Part shown: piece after piece, positions 1 through 8,679 of the stretch
Position numbering within the stretch: the first letter of the stretch is position 1
Layout: every line of letters begins with the position of its first letter
Assembly: GCA_043758715.1 (NCBI GenBank)
Contig: JAYVNA010000141.1
Coordinates: 1-47,692 of the forward strand
Reading direction: 5' to 3'
Length of the DNA stretch: 47,692 nt
From: Archangium sp.
GTDB taxonomy: Bacteria > Myxococcota > Myxococcia > Myxococcales > Myxococcaceae
Program-made: the position numbers and the translations under genes
The notes under the pieces: model-generated
Told to the model about the DNA's origin: nothing
Database searches by the model: none
Seen by the model: the letters and a program-made list of their open reading frames with translations, nothing else

Positions 1-1997
1 GCGTAGTTGTGGCCCGTGTGCCCCCCCAGCGCCGAGCTGACCGCGGACAACGAGACGGTCTCGGGCAGGTTGTAGCGATTGAGGAAGTTCTTCCACACGT
101 CGCCGTCGCGGTAGCCCTCGTCGACCGCGAGTGACTGCGCGAAGACGATCATGCCGGCGAGCTTCGAGTCTTCGGGGGTCAGGCGCAGCTTGCCGCCGTC
201 CTGCATGAAGCGGTTGAACTCGTACGCGGTGGTGGCGCGCATCGCCTCTTCACTCATGTGCGAGTAGCGCGCGTTGACCGTCATCACGTACTCGGGCTTG
301 CCGTCGCGGCCCTTCTGCTCGGTGAAGCGCACCACGTCTTTCGGTTCACCGGGCTTGGGCTCGTGCCAGCCGCCGGCGATCACCTTGGAGTCGGCGTTGG
401 GGCCATCGAGGATCCCCGAGAACTCGGAGAGCGTGTTCACCATGTTGGCCGAGACCAGGATCTTGGTGCCGTCGAGCACGGTGGCCGGGCGGTCCTGCTT
501 GACCGGCTGGAACTCGCGCGCGGTGTCTTCGGGCACCTTGAAGGTGGAGTAGTTGAAGTGTTTGTCGAGGTAGTCGGCCTGGCCGTCGTTGTCGCGGTCG
601 AGCACCTTCTCGCGAACCTGGGTGGAGATCGGGGTGATGTAGTTGTCCCAGGTGCGGCCCACGCCGATGTCGGCGGCCTTGTTCATCGCGGTGTGCAACG
701 CGGTCCAGTCGTTGCGCGCGGCCACGCCGTTGACGAGCGCGATCAACGCCTGGCCCCCTTCACCGCGGGTCATCTGGCCCTGGGCGTCGGTGTAGAAGTT
801 CGAGGCCGCGTAGGTGGTGACCACCTGGGCATTGCCGTACTTCTCCTTCACCCGGTCGAGCACGCCTTTGCCCACGCACAGGTTGTAGAAGATCAGCTTG
901 CCGTCGCCGGCGTCGGGCGTCTCCGGGCCGTTCTTCACCGAGGCCGTCATCGCGCGGCCCCAGTTCGAGTGCCCGTCGTAGCCGACCATCTGAACGTTCT
1001 TGTCGTTCATCGGGTTGAGAATGTCGGTGCCGCCCTGGTGCACCTGAATGCTGAACTTCGTCTCGCCCACGCCCGGCTTGTTGAGGGTCGCCTCGTAGGT
1101 GGTGACGCCGTATTCGTTCTCGGTGCCCACGGGCTTGAAGCCGTTGGTCTTGAGGAAGGTGGTGAAGCCCTTCCAGAACTCGCCCTGCCCCACCGTCCAC
1201 GAGAGGTTGACGGTCTTGTTCCCGTTGGCGAACCACTTGTCGTACGGCGGTGAAGTCGGCGCGAGCTGCTTGAGCAGGGTGTCGCTGATCGCCTTGACGT
1301 CACCGGACTGCGCGGCGGGCGCGTTGCTGAGGTGGAAGATGAGGCTCTCGCGCAGGCGCGGATCAGTCTCGGCGCGCACGAGCGCTTCGTAGGTCTTCAC
1401 CGCGGGGCCGCGCAGCTCGGGCTCGCTGCTGGCGTTGATCAGGTCGAGCAGCACGGCGCCCGAAGAGGCCCGCAGCTGAAGCGCCTGCTGCGAGGTCATC
1501 CCCGCGGGAGGGGTGCCATCGGCAGGCACGCGGGCGATGGCGAGCTTGAGCTGATCGAAGGTCTTGCTACGCAGGTCCTTCGAGGCGTTGCCGAGCAGCG
1601 GCGTGCGCGCGTTGTCGGCGGCTTCGGCCGCGCGGAACACCGCGTCACCCAGCTCGAGATCATTCTTCGGCGGCGCGCCGTTCGCGTTCACGGTGAAGAC
1701 GCCGCTGGCGTTCAGGTAGATCGGGCGCTCGGCGTTGCTGATGTCGAGGTTGACGGTCTGCGAACCAGCCGGAGGAGGCGGCGGCGGCTGGGGATCGAGC
1801 AGGGCCTTGATCACGTCGAGGGCACCGGCCTGAAAGGTGTCGGCGTACTTCGTCATGATCGCCTGGAGATCGGCCTTTTCCTGGGCGGTCACCACGCCGT
1901 TCGCTTTCGCCTGGGCGACGATGGCCTTCGCTTCATCGGCGGTGAATTTGCGATCGGTGACTGCGGCTGCGCCCATGCGTCGAATCGTGGTGGTCAT
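1..1997 (-). CDS. large hypothetical protein, N-terminus complete, C-terminus beyond window start (at least 665 aa); possible clan-CD-like His/Cys peptidase core
   Basis: Absent from the ORF track because no stop falls in the window. My translation of the minus strand from ATG at 1997-1995 (MTTTIRRMGAAAVTDRKFTADEAK...) stays open to base 1. An in-frame TAA 14 codons upstream fixes the start. Third-position G/C bias is strong. The + strand ORFs 258..1253 and 1332..2066 are Arg/Gly/His-rich shadow frames. Confidence 0.7.
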   Translation of the reverse strand, partial: MTTTIRRMGAAAVTDRKFTADEAKAIVAQAKANGVVTAQEKADLQAIMTKYADTFQAGALDVIKALLDPQPPPPPPAGSQTVNLDISNAERPIYLNASGVFTVNANGAPPKNDLELGDAVFRAAEAADNARTPLLGNASKDLRSKTFDQLKLAIARVPADGTPPAGMTSQQALQLRASSGAVLLDLINASSEPELRGPAVKTYEALVRAETDPRLRESLIFHLSNAPAAQSGDVKAISDTLLKQLAPTSPPYDKWFANGNKTVNLSWTVGQGEFWKGFTTFLKTNGFKPVGTENEYGVTTYEATLNKPGVGETKFSIQVHQGGTDILNPMNDKNVQMVGYDGHSNWGRAMTASVKNGPETPDAGDGKLIFYNLCVGKGVLDRVKEKYGNAQVVTTYAASNFYTDAQGQMTRGEGGQALIALVNGVAARNDWTALHTAMNKAADIGVGRTWDNYITPISTQVREKVLDRDNDGQADYLDKHFNYSTFKVPEDTAREFQPVKQDRPATVLDGTKILVSANMVNTLSEFSGILDGPNADSKVIAGGWHEPKPGEPKDVVRFTEQKGRDGKPEYVMTVNARYSHMSEEAMRATTAYEFNRFMQDGGKLRLTPEDSKLAGMIVFAQSLAVDEGYRDGDVWKNFLNRYNLPETVSLSAVSSALGGHTGHNY

Positions 1998-2177
1998 GCG
2001 ATTGGCCCCTGGCTGCGAGTGCGGAACAGGCGCTTCTTAGCAAGAGATCCAGCCGAGGAGGCTTGATCAACGATCCTTGGTTTGAGGCGAGGCCTTCATC
2101 AAACGCGGCCGCTGTCCCCTTTTTCAGCCGCCCCACGACCTTGAGCACGACCGCCTCATCTGCACAGTGTCCGGCGC

Positions 2178-3722
2178 ATGACCGCCCACGCGCCCGGAAG
2201 CATCAACCCCGCTGACCTGAAGGTTCTCGAGCCGGTGAAGACCTCGTCACCGGGCGAAGTTCGCAACGTGGTCTCAGCCGCACGCTCGGCTCAAGTCGCC
2301 TGGGGTGCGCTCTCACTCTCTTCCCGCGCGGACTCCGTGCGCACGTTGGGTCAGGCGGTGCTCGCGAGGGCCGACGAAGTCGCGCGCGTGATGGCGATGG
2401 AGACGGGGCGCTCGATCACCGAGTGCAAAGCGAGCGAGCTGACTTCCCTGCAGCCGTACATCGAGACGGCCATCGTGGTGGCGAAGGTCGCGCTGGCGCC
2501 GACGAAGGTACGGCTCTCGATGCTCGACTTCCCGGGCAAGAAAGGGGTCACCGAAGCCGTGCCGCGCGGAGTCATCGGCGTGATCGCTCCGTGGAACTAC
2601 CCGCTGGGAAATTTCTGGAAGTCGCTGTTCCCCGCGCTGCTCTCCGGCAACGGCGTGGTGCTCAAGCCTTCCGAACACACGCCCCGCACCGGCGCTTTCC
2701 TCGCGACGATCTGCGCTGAGGTGTTTCCCCGCGGGCTCGTGGGCCTGGTGCAGGGCGGCAGCGAAGTGGGCCAGGAGCTCGTCGATGCCGCCGACGCGAT
2801 CGTCTTCACGGGGTCCGTACCCTCGGGCAAGAGAGTCGCCGCGCGCGCGGCAGAGCGGCTCATTCCCACCTCATTGGAGCTGGGAGGCAAAGACGCGGCC
2901 CTGGTGCTCGCTGACTGCGACGTCGAGCGCACGGCCCTGGGCGTCGCGCAGTGGGCAATGCACAACTGCGGTCAGAACTGCGCGGCCATCGAGCGCGTGT
3001 ACGTCGAAGAAGCGATCGCCGATCGGTTCGTCGAAACGCTCTCGAAGGTGGTGGGAAGGCTGCGCGTCTCGACTGGCGACAACGAGAGCGATCTCGGCCC
3101 GCTGCAGAACGCCGCTCAATTGGACCTCGTGACGAGGCACGTCGAACAGGCGAAGGCCCAAGGCGCGAAGGTCACCGCCGGCGGCGCGCGCGTGGGACCG
3201 GGGCTCGGCTTTCAGCCCACCGTGCTCGATCGCTGCACCGACGAGATGGCCGTGGTGCGCGACGAAACGTTCGGCCCGGTGATCGCAGTGGTGCGGGTGA
3301 AAGACGCGGAGGACGGGCTCAAGCGCGCGAACGACTCCCGCTACGGGCTCAACGGCTCGGTGTGGACCCGCGATCTTACGAAGGGCGCAGCGCTGGTGCG
3401 GCGCATGGAAGTCGGTGTGGGCTACGTGAACAACCACGGCTTCGCCGGCATCCTCGCCGACGTTCCCTGGACCGGCGTGAAGGACACGGGCCCCGGCGTC
3501 GCGGCGAGCGCGCACAGCTACGGCGTCTTCACCCGGCCGCGCACGGTGATCGTCGATGGCAGCAAGGCCCCTGACCCGTGGTGGATTCCCGCGAACCCCG
3601 AGCTCACGCAGTTCGTCGACGCGCTCATCTCGCGCGGGCGCGGCGGCGGCATCGGAGTGCTGCTCAAGCTCGGTGGCCTGGTGAAGAAGCGCGTCACGGC
3701 GATCAAGGCCCTCGCGCGCTGA
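2178..3722 (+). CDS. NAD(P)-dependent aldehyde dehydrogenase family protein
   Basis: 514 aa with ALDH hallmarks: FTGSVPSGKRV, catalytic Glu context LELGGKDA, catalytic Cys context NCGQNCAAIERVYV, and ETFGPV. It has a roughly 60 aa C-terminal extension after the core. Confidence 0.9.
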   Translation: MTAHAPGSINPADLKVLEPVKTSSPGEVRNVVSAARSAQVAWGALSLSSRADSVRTLGQAVLARADEVARVMAMETGRSITECKASELTSLQPYIETAIVVAKVALAPTKVRLSMLDFPGKKGVTEAVPRGVIGVIAPWNYPLGNFWKSLFPALLSGNGVVLKPSEHTPRTGAFLATICAEVFPRGLVGLVQGGSEVGQELVDAADAIVFTGSVPSGKRVAARAAERLIPTSLELGGKDAALVLADCDVERTALGVAQWAMHNCGQNCAAIERVYVEEAIADRFVETLSKVVGRLRVSTGDNESDLGPLQNAAQLDLVTRHVEQAKAQGAKVTAGGARVGPGLGFQPTVLDRCTDEMAVVRDETFGPVIAVVRVKDAEDGLKRANDSRYGLNGSVWTRDLTKGAALVRRMEVGVGYVNNHGFAGILADVPWTGVKDTGPGVAASAHSYGVFTRPRTVIVDGSKAPDPWWIPANPELTQFVDALISRGRGGGIGVLLKLGGLVKKRVTAIKALAR

Positions 3723-3878
3723 GCACCTGTGCACTGCAGTGAACAGGCGCGCGGTTGCACCAGAGAACTGGAGTGCGCATGAGCCAGATCACGCCCGCTG
3801 ACACTGCAAGTCAGCGAAACGCGAAACGGCACCAACCCTGCACAGCGAGGCGGCTCCCCCTCACCGAAGGAGCCTTGC

Positions 3879-4877
3879 ATGGTTCGCTTGTCTACCCTCA
3901 GTATCGGCGCGCTCGCGCTTTCCGTTGCGTGCAGTCCAGCCAACGACACCGCGCGGCTCTCTCCAGGGCGGTCGGGGCTCGCGGTCGAGCTGGTCGATGC
4001 GCCGACCCAGCAGGTCCGCGAGATCAACGTCACCATCGAGAAGGTCACCGCGCACAGCACCTCCGCGGGTTGGGTGACGATCTTCGATCAGGGCCCCGTC
4101 ACCGTCGACCTGCTCACCCTGCAGACGCGCGTGATGCAGCTGGGCTTCGCCAATCTCCCGCAAGGAAAGATCACCCAGCTTCGCCTCTATCTGACCGAAG
4201 GCGGCACCCAGAACGTGGTGCTCCCCGACGGCACCATCGCGCCGCTCAAGGTGCCCAGCGGCGTGCAGTCAGGCATCAAGATCAAAGGGCCGTTCGAGCT
4301 GAGCTCCTGTGACATCACCACCGTCACGCTCGACTTCGATGGGCACAAGTCGATCTGGTACCACCCGACCGGCAACGGCGGCGATTGGATCCTGCGGCCG
4401 GTGATCCACACCAAGAAGGTCCGCTCGGCCTCGGCGCCGTGCGACGGCACGCCCACCGGCGGAGGCCCTGGCTCGACCGGCGGCGGCAGCGGTTCACTCG
4501 ACGCCGGCGAGATCATCGAGGTCGGCGGTGGCGGCGGCGCGGTGCCCGGAGTGGCCTGCACCGTCGGCACCCAGTGTCTGTCGGGCGCGTGCAACGCTGG
4601 CACCTGCAGCCCGGGCGCGCAGGGCACGCCGTGCAACGTCGGCGCGAACTGCGTGAGCGGAGTCTGCGGGGCTGACGGCAGCTGCACTGCGGCGATCACG
4701 CCGGCTCCGATGGGCGTGGTGGGCAGTGCTTGTACCGTGGGGGCCCAGTGCGTCTCGGGCGTCTGCGCCGCGAACGTGTGCTCCGGCGGCTTGCAGGGTC
4801 AGCCCTGCAACGTCACCGCTGATTGCGACACCGGTTACGTGTGTACCGCCCGCGCCTGCGAGCCCGACCTGAACTGA
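3879..4877 (+). CDS. lipoprotein with DUF4382-like N-domain and four C-terminal Cys-rich repeats
   Basis: Signal peptide plus lipobox-like LSVAC. The N-domain (VTIEKVTAH..GWVTI..VDLLTLQ..LKVPSGVQSGIKIKG..LDFDG) matches my recollection of DUF4382. A Gly-rich linker follows, then 4 copies of C-x2-G-x2-C-x-SG-x-C. Confidence 0.8.
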   Translation: MVRLSTLSIGALALSVACSPANDTARLSPGRSGLAVELVDAPTQQVREINVTIEKVTAHSTSAGWVTIFDQGPVTVDLLTLQTRVMQLGFANLPQGKITQLRLYLTEGGTQNVVLPDGTIAPLKVPSGVQSGIKIKGPFELSSCDITTVTLDFDGHKSIWYHPTGNGGDWILRPVIHTKKVRSASAPCDGTPTGGGPGSTGGGSGSLDAGEIIEVGGGGGAVPGVACTVGTQCLSGACNAGTCSPGAQGTPCNVGANCVSGVCGADGSCTAAITPAPMGVVGSACTVGAQCVSGVCAANVCSGGLQGQPCNVTADCDTGYVCTARACEPDLN

Positions 4878-4940
4878 AGTGCTGCAAGGGGGAGTCCGCC
4901 GCTGCATCCACGCGGCAGATTTCCTGCCATCTTCACGGCC

Positions 4941-5495
4941 GTGTCGTCGCCGTCAGCTGACCAGGTCGTGTTCGCCCAATCTGTCGAGGGTTTGATGGTG
5001 CGCGCGCTGGGGGGTGACATTCCTCCCGCCCTCGTCGAGCGCCTGCGAGGCATCGGCGTCGACCTCTCGAAGAAGCTGTTGCCCGCCTACCCGGTGCGCG
5101 TGTGGAACGAAGTGCTGGAAGCCACGGCGCAGACGCTCTACCCCGGTGAGCCCCTGCCGCTGGCGACGCGGAAGCTCGGCGAGCGAATGATGGAAGGCTA
5201 CCGCGCCACCTTCATCGGGCAGGCGGTGATGGCGATGGCGAAGATCGTCGGCCCCCGCCGCGCGCTGATGCGGGCAAGGCAGAGCTGGCGCAGCGGCAAC
5301 AACTACACCGACGTGCAGGTCGAAGAGTTCAGCCCCACCGAGTTCCGCGCGATCTTCAACGAGTCGGGCGTCTCGCGCTGGGTCAGCCAGGGCCTGCTCC
5401 TCGCGGGCCTCACGTTCGCGGGCGCGAAGGAAACCATCGTCGAGGTGGAGTCGTTCACCCAGACCGAAGTGATCTACCGCGTCAGTTGGAAGTGA
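4941..5495 (+). CDS. DUF2378 / TIGR02265-type myxobacterial paralogous family protein (tentative family call)
   Basis: 184 aa with a GTG start and good codon bias. Size and motifs (LPAYPVRVWNEVLE, GPRRALMRARQSWRSGNNY) resemble the Myxococcus paralogous family as I recall it. Confidence 0.65.
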   Translation: MSSPSADQVVFAQSVEGLMVRALGGDIPPALVERLRGIGVDLSKKLLPAYPVRVWNEVLEATAQTLYPGEPLPLATRKLGERMMEGYRATFIGQAVMAMAKIVGPRRALMRARQSWRSGNNYTDVQVEEFSPTEFRAIFNESGVSRWVSQGLLLAGLTFAGAKETIVEVESFTQTEVIYRVSWK

Positions 5496-5500
5496 CTCGC

Positions 5501-6208
5501 TTACGGCAGGTCGCTGCGAAACAGCTCGACGAACAACACCTGGCAGGCCTTCTCGAACAGGCGCCCTGAAGCGACGAGGCCTCCGCAGTGAGACGGCTCG
5601 CGCGCGAAGGTGAAGCCTGCGCACTTGCCGAGCACTGATTCCCAGAATGGCTCGCTGCCCCGCGGCATCACGAAGTCACGAATGAGCTCGAGCGACCAGG
5701 GCACCACGGTGGTCGGGTCGGCGTCGCTGGGGGTGGTGAAGCAGTCGAGGTCGACGTCGAGAATGATCGAGCTCGCGCGTTCGATCGCCTCGTGTGCCTG
5801 TTTCCCCTCGGGCGTGGCGTGGGCGGTGCCCCACTCTGCCGAGATCAGATCGAGCGTCGGGGCGCAGATGAGATCGTTGCGCGCGATCACGGCGCCCACC
5901 GGCTTGGCGCGCGCCACGATGATCGCCTCCGAGATGATTCCCCCGCTCATCGCGGCGAGCACGTGATCGTAGTTGCGGTGATCGCACTTCTCGCGCGCGT
6001 GGAGCTCGAGCTCATCGACGCTCAGGCCGCGCGCCGGGGGATGCACGGGAGGCACGGTGTCGAAGTGCCGATCGAGGGTGAGCAGCAGCGAGGGCCGCGC
6101 GCTCACCTCCGCCCAACAGGGCAACGCGAGGCGATGCGGGTCGAATACGAAGCCTCGTTTGGGTCCGCGGCCGTCGATGTCGAGTTCGATGATCCCTGCG
6201 CGCTTCAT
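5501..6208 (-). CDS. UPF0489-like protein (tentative)
   Basis: The track ORF runs 5501..6232. I prefer the ATG at 6208 because it forms an ATGA overlap with the stop of the upstream AEC transporter gene. Motifs FVFDPHRLALPCW and IILDVDLDCF resemble the UPF0489 DxH...W and DIDLDFF signatures. Confidence 0.6.
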   Translation of the reverse strand: MKRAGIIELDIDGRGPKRGFVFDPHRLALPCWAEVSARPSLLLTLDRHFDTVPPVHPPARGLSVDELELHAREKCDHRNYDHVLAAMSGGIISEAIIVARAKPVGAVIARNDLICAPTLDLISAEWGTAHATPEGKQAHEAIERASSIILDVDLDCFTTPSDADPTTVVPWSLELIRDFVMPRGSEPFWESVLGKCAGFTFAREPSHCGGLVASGRLFEKACQVLFVELFRSDLP

Positions 6209-7137
6209 AGGTAGCTCATCGCCTGCCACCACAGAGGCACGGTGACAAGGCTGAGCGGAATGCCCACGGCGATCAGCGCGGAGGCGAGCCCGGGCGCGAG
6301 GCGGTTGTCGGCGGCCACCACGCCAGCGGTCACCATCGGGCCCATCGCGGCCTGGGCGACGACCACTTTGTCGGTGAAGCCCAGCGAGCCGCGGAACAGC
6401 AGCAGCAGGCCGAGCACCATCGCGGGTGCGAGCAGCAGCTTCCAGGTCAGCCCGGTGGCGATGCGGCGGCCGTTGCCCGAGAGCGAGGACAGATCGAGCT
6501 GCCAGCCGATGCCCGCGAGGGCGAGCGGGCTCAACATGTCGGCGAGGCGGTTGATCACTTCAGTGACGGGCAGCGGAATGACGACTTCGCGGAGAGAGAT
6601 CGCGAGGACCAGGGCGATGATCGCCGGGGATTTCAGCAGTCGAAAAAACGTTTTGCCCTCTCCCCGACCCTCTCCCCCGCGGGGAGAGGGAGCGACGGGC
6701 GAACGAGACAAGTGGGCGGCGAAGGGCATCGCGAAGAGGAACAACGCCAGGAAGCTGCCCAGCTGATCGACCACCGCCGCGGGACCCAGCCCAGGCTTCC
6801 CTGCGATCGCTTCAATCAGCGGCAACCCGACGAACGCGGTGTTGCCTAGACCACAACACAGGGCCAACGCGCCCAGCTGCTCACGCGAACCGCCCCTGCG
6901 TACGAGCAGCAGCGCCAGGCCCGCAGGCACCAGGAAGACCAGCCAGAGGCTGGCCGAGGAACCCAGCATCGCGGCGTCGAGCTTCACGCCGTGAATCGAA
7001 CGAAACACCAACGCCGGCAACGACACGAACATCACCCACGCGTTGACCGCGCGGTGGCTGTCTTCAGGGAGCGCCCTGGTCCGGCGCGCGAGCACGCCGG
7101 CGAGAAAGCACACCAGCAGCAGCACCAGGTTGGCCAC
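6205..7137 (-). CDS. AEC (auxin efflux carrier) family transporter
   Basis: 310 aa polytopic membrane protein. It has the typical AEC N-terminus (MANLVLLLVCFLAGVLARRT..LPEDSHRAVNAWVMFVSLPALVF) and two hydrophobic halves separated by a central loop. Confidence 0.85.
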   Translation of the reverse strand: MANLVLLLVCFLAGVLARRTRALPEDSHRAVNAWVMFVSLPALVFRSIHGVKLDAAMLGSSASLWLVFLVPAGLALLLVRRGGSREQLGALALCCGLGNTAFVGLPLIEAIAGKPGLGPAAVVDQLGSFLALFLFAMPFAAHLSRSPVAPSPRGGEGRGEGKTFFRLLKSPAIIALVLAISLREVVIPLPVTEVINRLADMLSPLALAGIGWQLDLSSLSGNGRRIATGLTWKLLLAPAMVLGLLLLFRGSLGFTDKVVVAQAAMGPMVTAGVVAADNRLAPGLASALIAVGIPLSLVTVPLWWQAMSYL

Positions 7138-7180
7138 TCATTCGACTCGCGTGCTGTCGTCCCCTGCTTCTCGTAAGCCC

Positions 7181-7363
7181 TTACTCTTCCGGGATCGGCT
7201 GCGGACCCGGCACGATGTGCGCGATGTCCGGATCAACCGCATTCGGGTCCTTGGGGCCGCGGGCATCCTTCTCCTTCTTCCGCTCCTCCAGCTTGGCCGC
7301 CTTCTCCTTCTTGTGTTCCAGGCGAGCGAGCTCTTTTTGCCGCTTCGAGGGTCCGTTGAACAT
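7181..7363 (-). CDS. small Lys/Glu-rich hypothetical protein (60 aa)
   Basis: ATG is preceded by AAGGAG at good spacing, with high G/C third-position bias and a TAA stop. No family recognised. Confidence 0.6.
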   Translation of the reverse strand: MFNGPSKRQKELARLEHKKEKAAKLEERKKEKDARGPKDPNAVDPDIAHIVPGPQPIPEE

Positions 7364-7443
7364 GGGCCGACTCCTTTTTCGAGTACTTGAGAGAGATCAC
7401 CTACATGGTTCACTGAGGGAGGTCTAGCGTCCCTGCAAGGCGG

Positions 7444-8598
7444 CTACCTGAGCGGGTTGAGCAACGAGAGCAGCGCGTGCCCGTAGCGTTCCCGTCGCTT
7501 CGCCCCGAAATACGGAACTTTTTCAAAGCCCTCCGCAGACTCCGGAGGCGAGGTGGCCAGGTCTGCCACCAGGCCATTCGAGAGCACCGCTGAAGCGGTC
7601 ACCTTGCGGCTCGAGGCCTCGCCCTTGCGCCACTCGAGCAGGGCCTCTTCGCGCTTCTTGCGCTTGGGGTCGCGGTCCTTCTTCTCGTCGGGCGCCTGCA
7701 GCGTGCCCGCTTTCACCTCGGCCTGAAGGCGCGTGACGAGACTCATCACCTCATCTCCGTGCGCCCGCACGAAGGCCCCGCGAACGCCTTCGAGCTTCAC
7801 CATCACCCGCAAATCGGTCGGGGGCCGGGTGGCGATCGCCGCCAGCGCCATGTTCGAGAGCATGCGGCCCATCGGCAGATCTTCCGCCGCCGCCCACTCG
7901 AGCCGCTTGCGATGCAGCGCGTGCGCCACGTGGAAGGCCACCACGAATTGTTCCCGGCTCAGCCCCTGGCGGGGCAGCTTGGGTTGATAGTCGGCGGCCG
8001 GGTCGGGGCGCGCCGCGGCGTCGTCGCACATGCGATCGCAGTCGAGCAGCACCTCTTCCAGAATGTCCGCGCTCACGCAGGCCTCGCGCACCCAGCGGCC
8101 CACCTCGCACAGGTAGCGCACGTCATCGGCGATGTACTCGCGCAGCTCCGGCGGCAGCGGGCGAATGGAAAAATCGGACTGCTGGTGTTCCTTCTTCAGC
8201 GTGGCGCCGAGCTTTTCTTTCACCAGGTCGACCAGCCCCACCTTGGGCCAACCGAGCAAGGTCGCCGCGCGGTGCGTGTCGAACAGCCCGCGCACCCGAA
8301 CGCCCTCTTCAGCGAGGTACTGAAGATCGCCCTGTGCGGCGTGGAAGAACTTGGTGATCGCCGGGTTCTCGAAAGTGGCGGCGACAGCCTTGGGGCTCAC
8401 CTCCGGAACCAAGGTGTCGAGGAGGAAGATCTCGCGGTCGGTGCCGAGCTGCACGAAGCACAGCCGAGCGCGAAAGTGATGCATCGAATCAGCCTCGACG
8501 TCGACCGCGACCTCCGACACGGGGGCGAGCGCCTGCAGCACCAGGCCCATCTGTTCAGCGCGGGTGACGTCGAGAGTGGTCATTGAGGAAGGAGGCAC
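7444..8598 (-). CDS. rnd: ribonuclease D (DEDDy 3'-5' exonuclease plus HRDC domain)
   Basis: Motifs VAVDVEADSMH, FHAAQGDLQYL and YIADDVRYL mark the exonuclease domain. An HRDC-like segment follows (REQFVVAFHVAHALHRKRLEWAAAEDLPMGRMLSN). Confidence 0.85.
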   Translation of the reverse strand: MPPSSMTTLDVTRAEQMGLVLQALAPVSEVAVDVEADSMHHFRARLCFVQLGTDREIFLLDTLVPEVSPKAVAATFENPAITKFFHAAQGDLQYLAEEGVRVRGLFDTHRAATLLGWPKVGLVDLVKEKLGATLKKEHQQSDFSIRPLPPELREYIADDVRYLCEVGRWVREACVSADILEEVLLDCDRMCDDAAARPDPAADYQPKLPRQGLSREQFVVAFHVAHALHRKRLEWAAAEDLPMGRMLSNMALAAIATRPPTDLRVMVKLEGVRGAFVRAHGDEVMSLVTRLQAEVKAGTLQAPDEKKDRDPKRKKREEALLEWRKGEASSRKVTASAVLSNGLVADLATSPPESAEGFEKVPYFGAKRRERYGHALLSLLNPLR

Positions 8599-8679
8599 GG
8601 ATACGCCACTAGCAAAAACCCCCGATTGTGGGCTATCGGCCGCGCAGAGAGGGCCGGGGGGTTCTCTTCAGGAGTCATC

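Noticed and set aside
258-2066. Plus-strand ORFs 258..1253 (331 aa) and 1332..2066 (244 aa)
   Set aside because: Their translations are Arg/Gly/His/Val-rich low-complexity sequence typical of wrong frames in high-GC DNA. Both lie entirely antisense to a clean, codon-biased minus-strand gene (1..1997).
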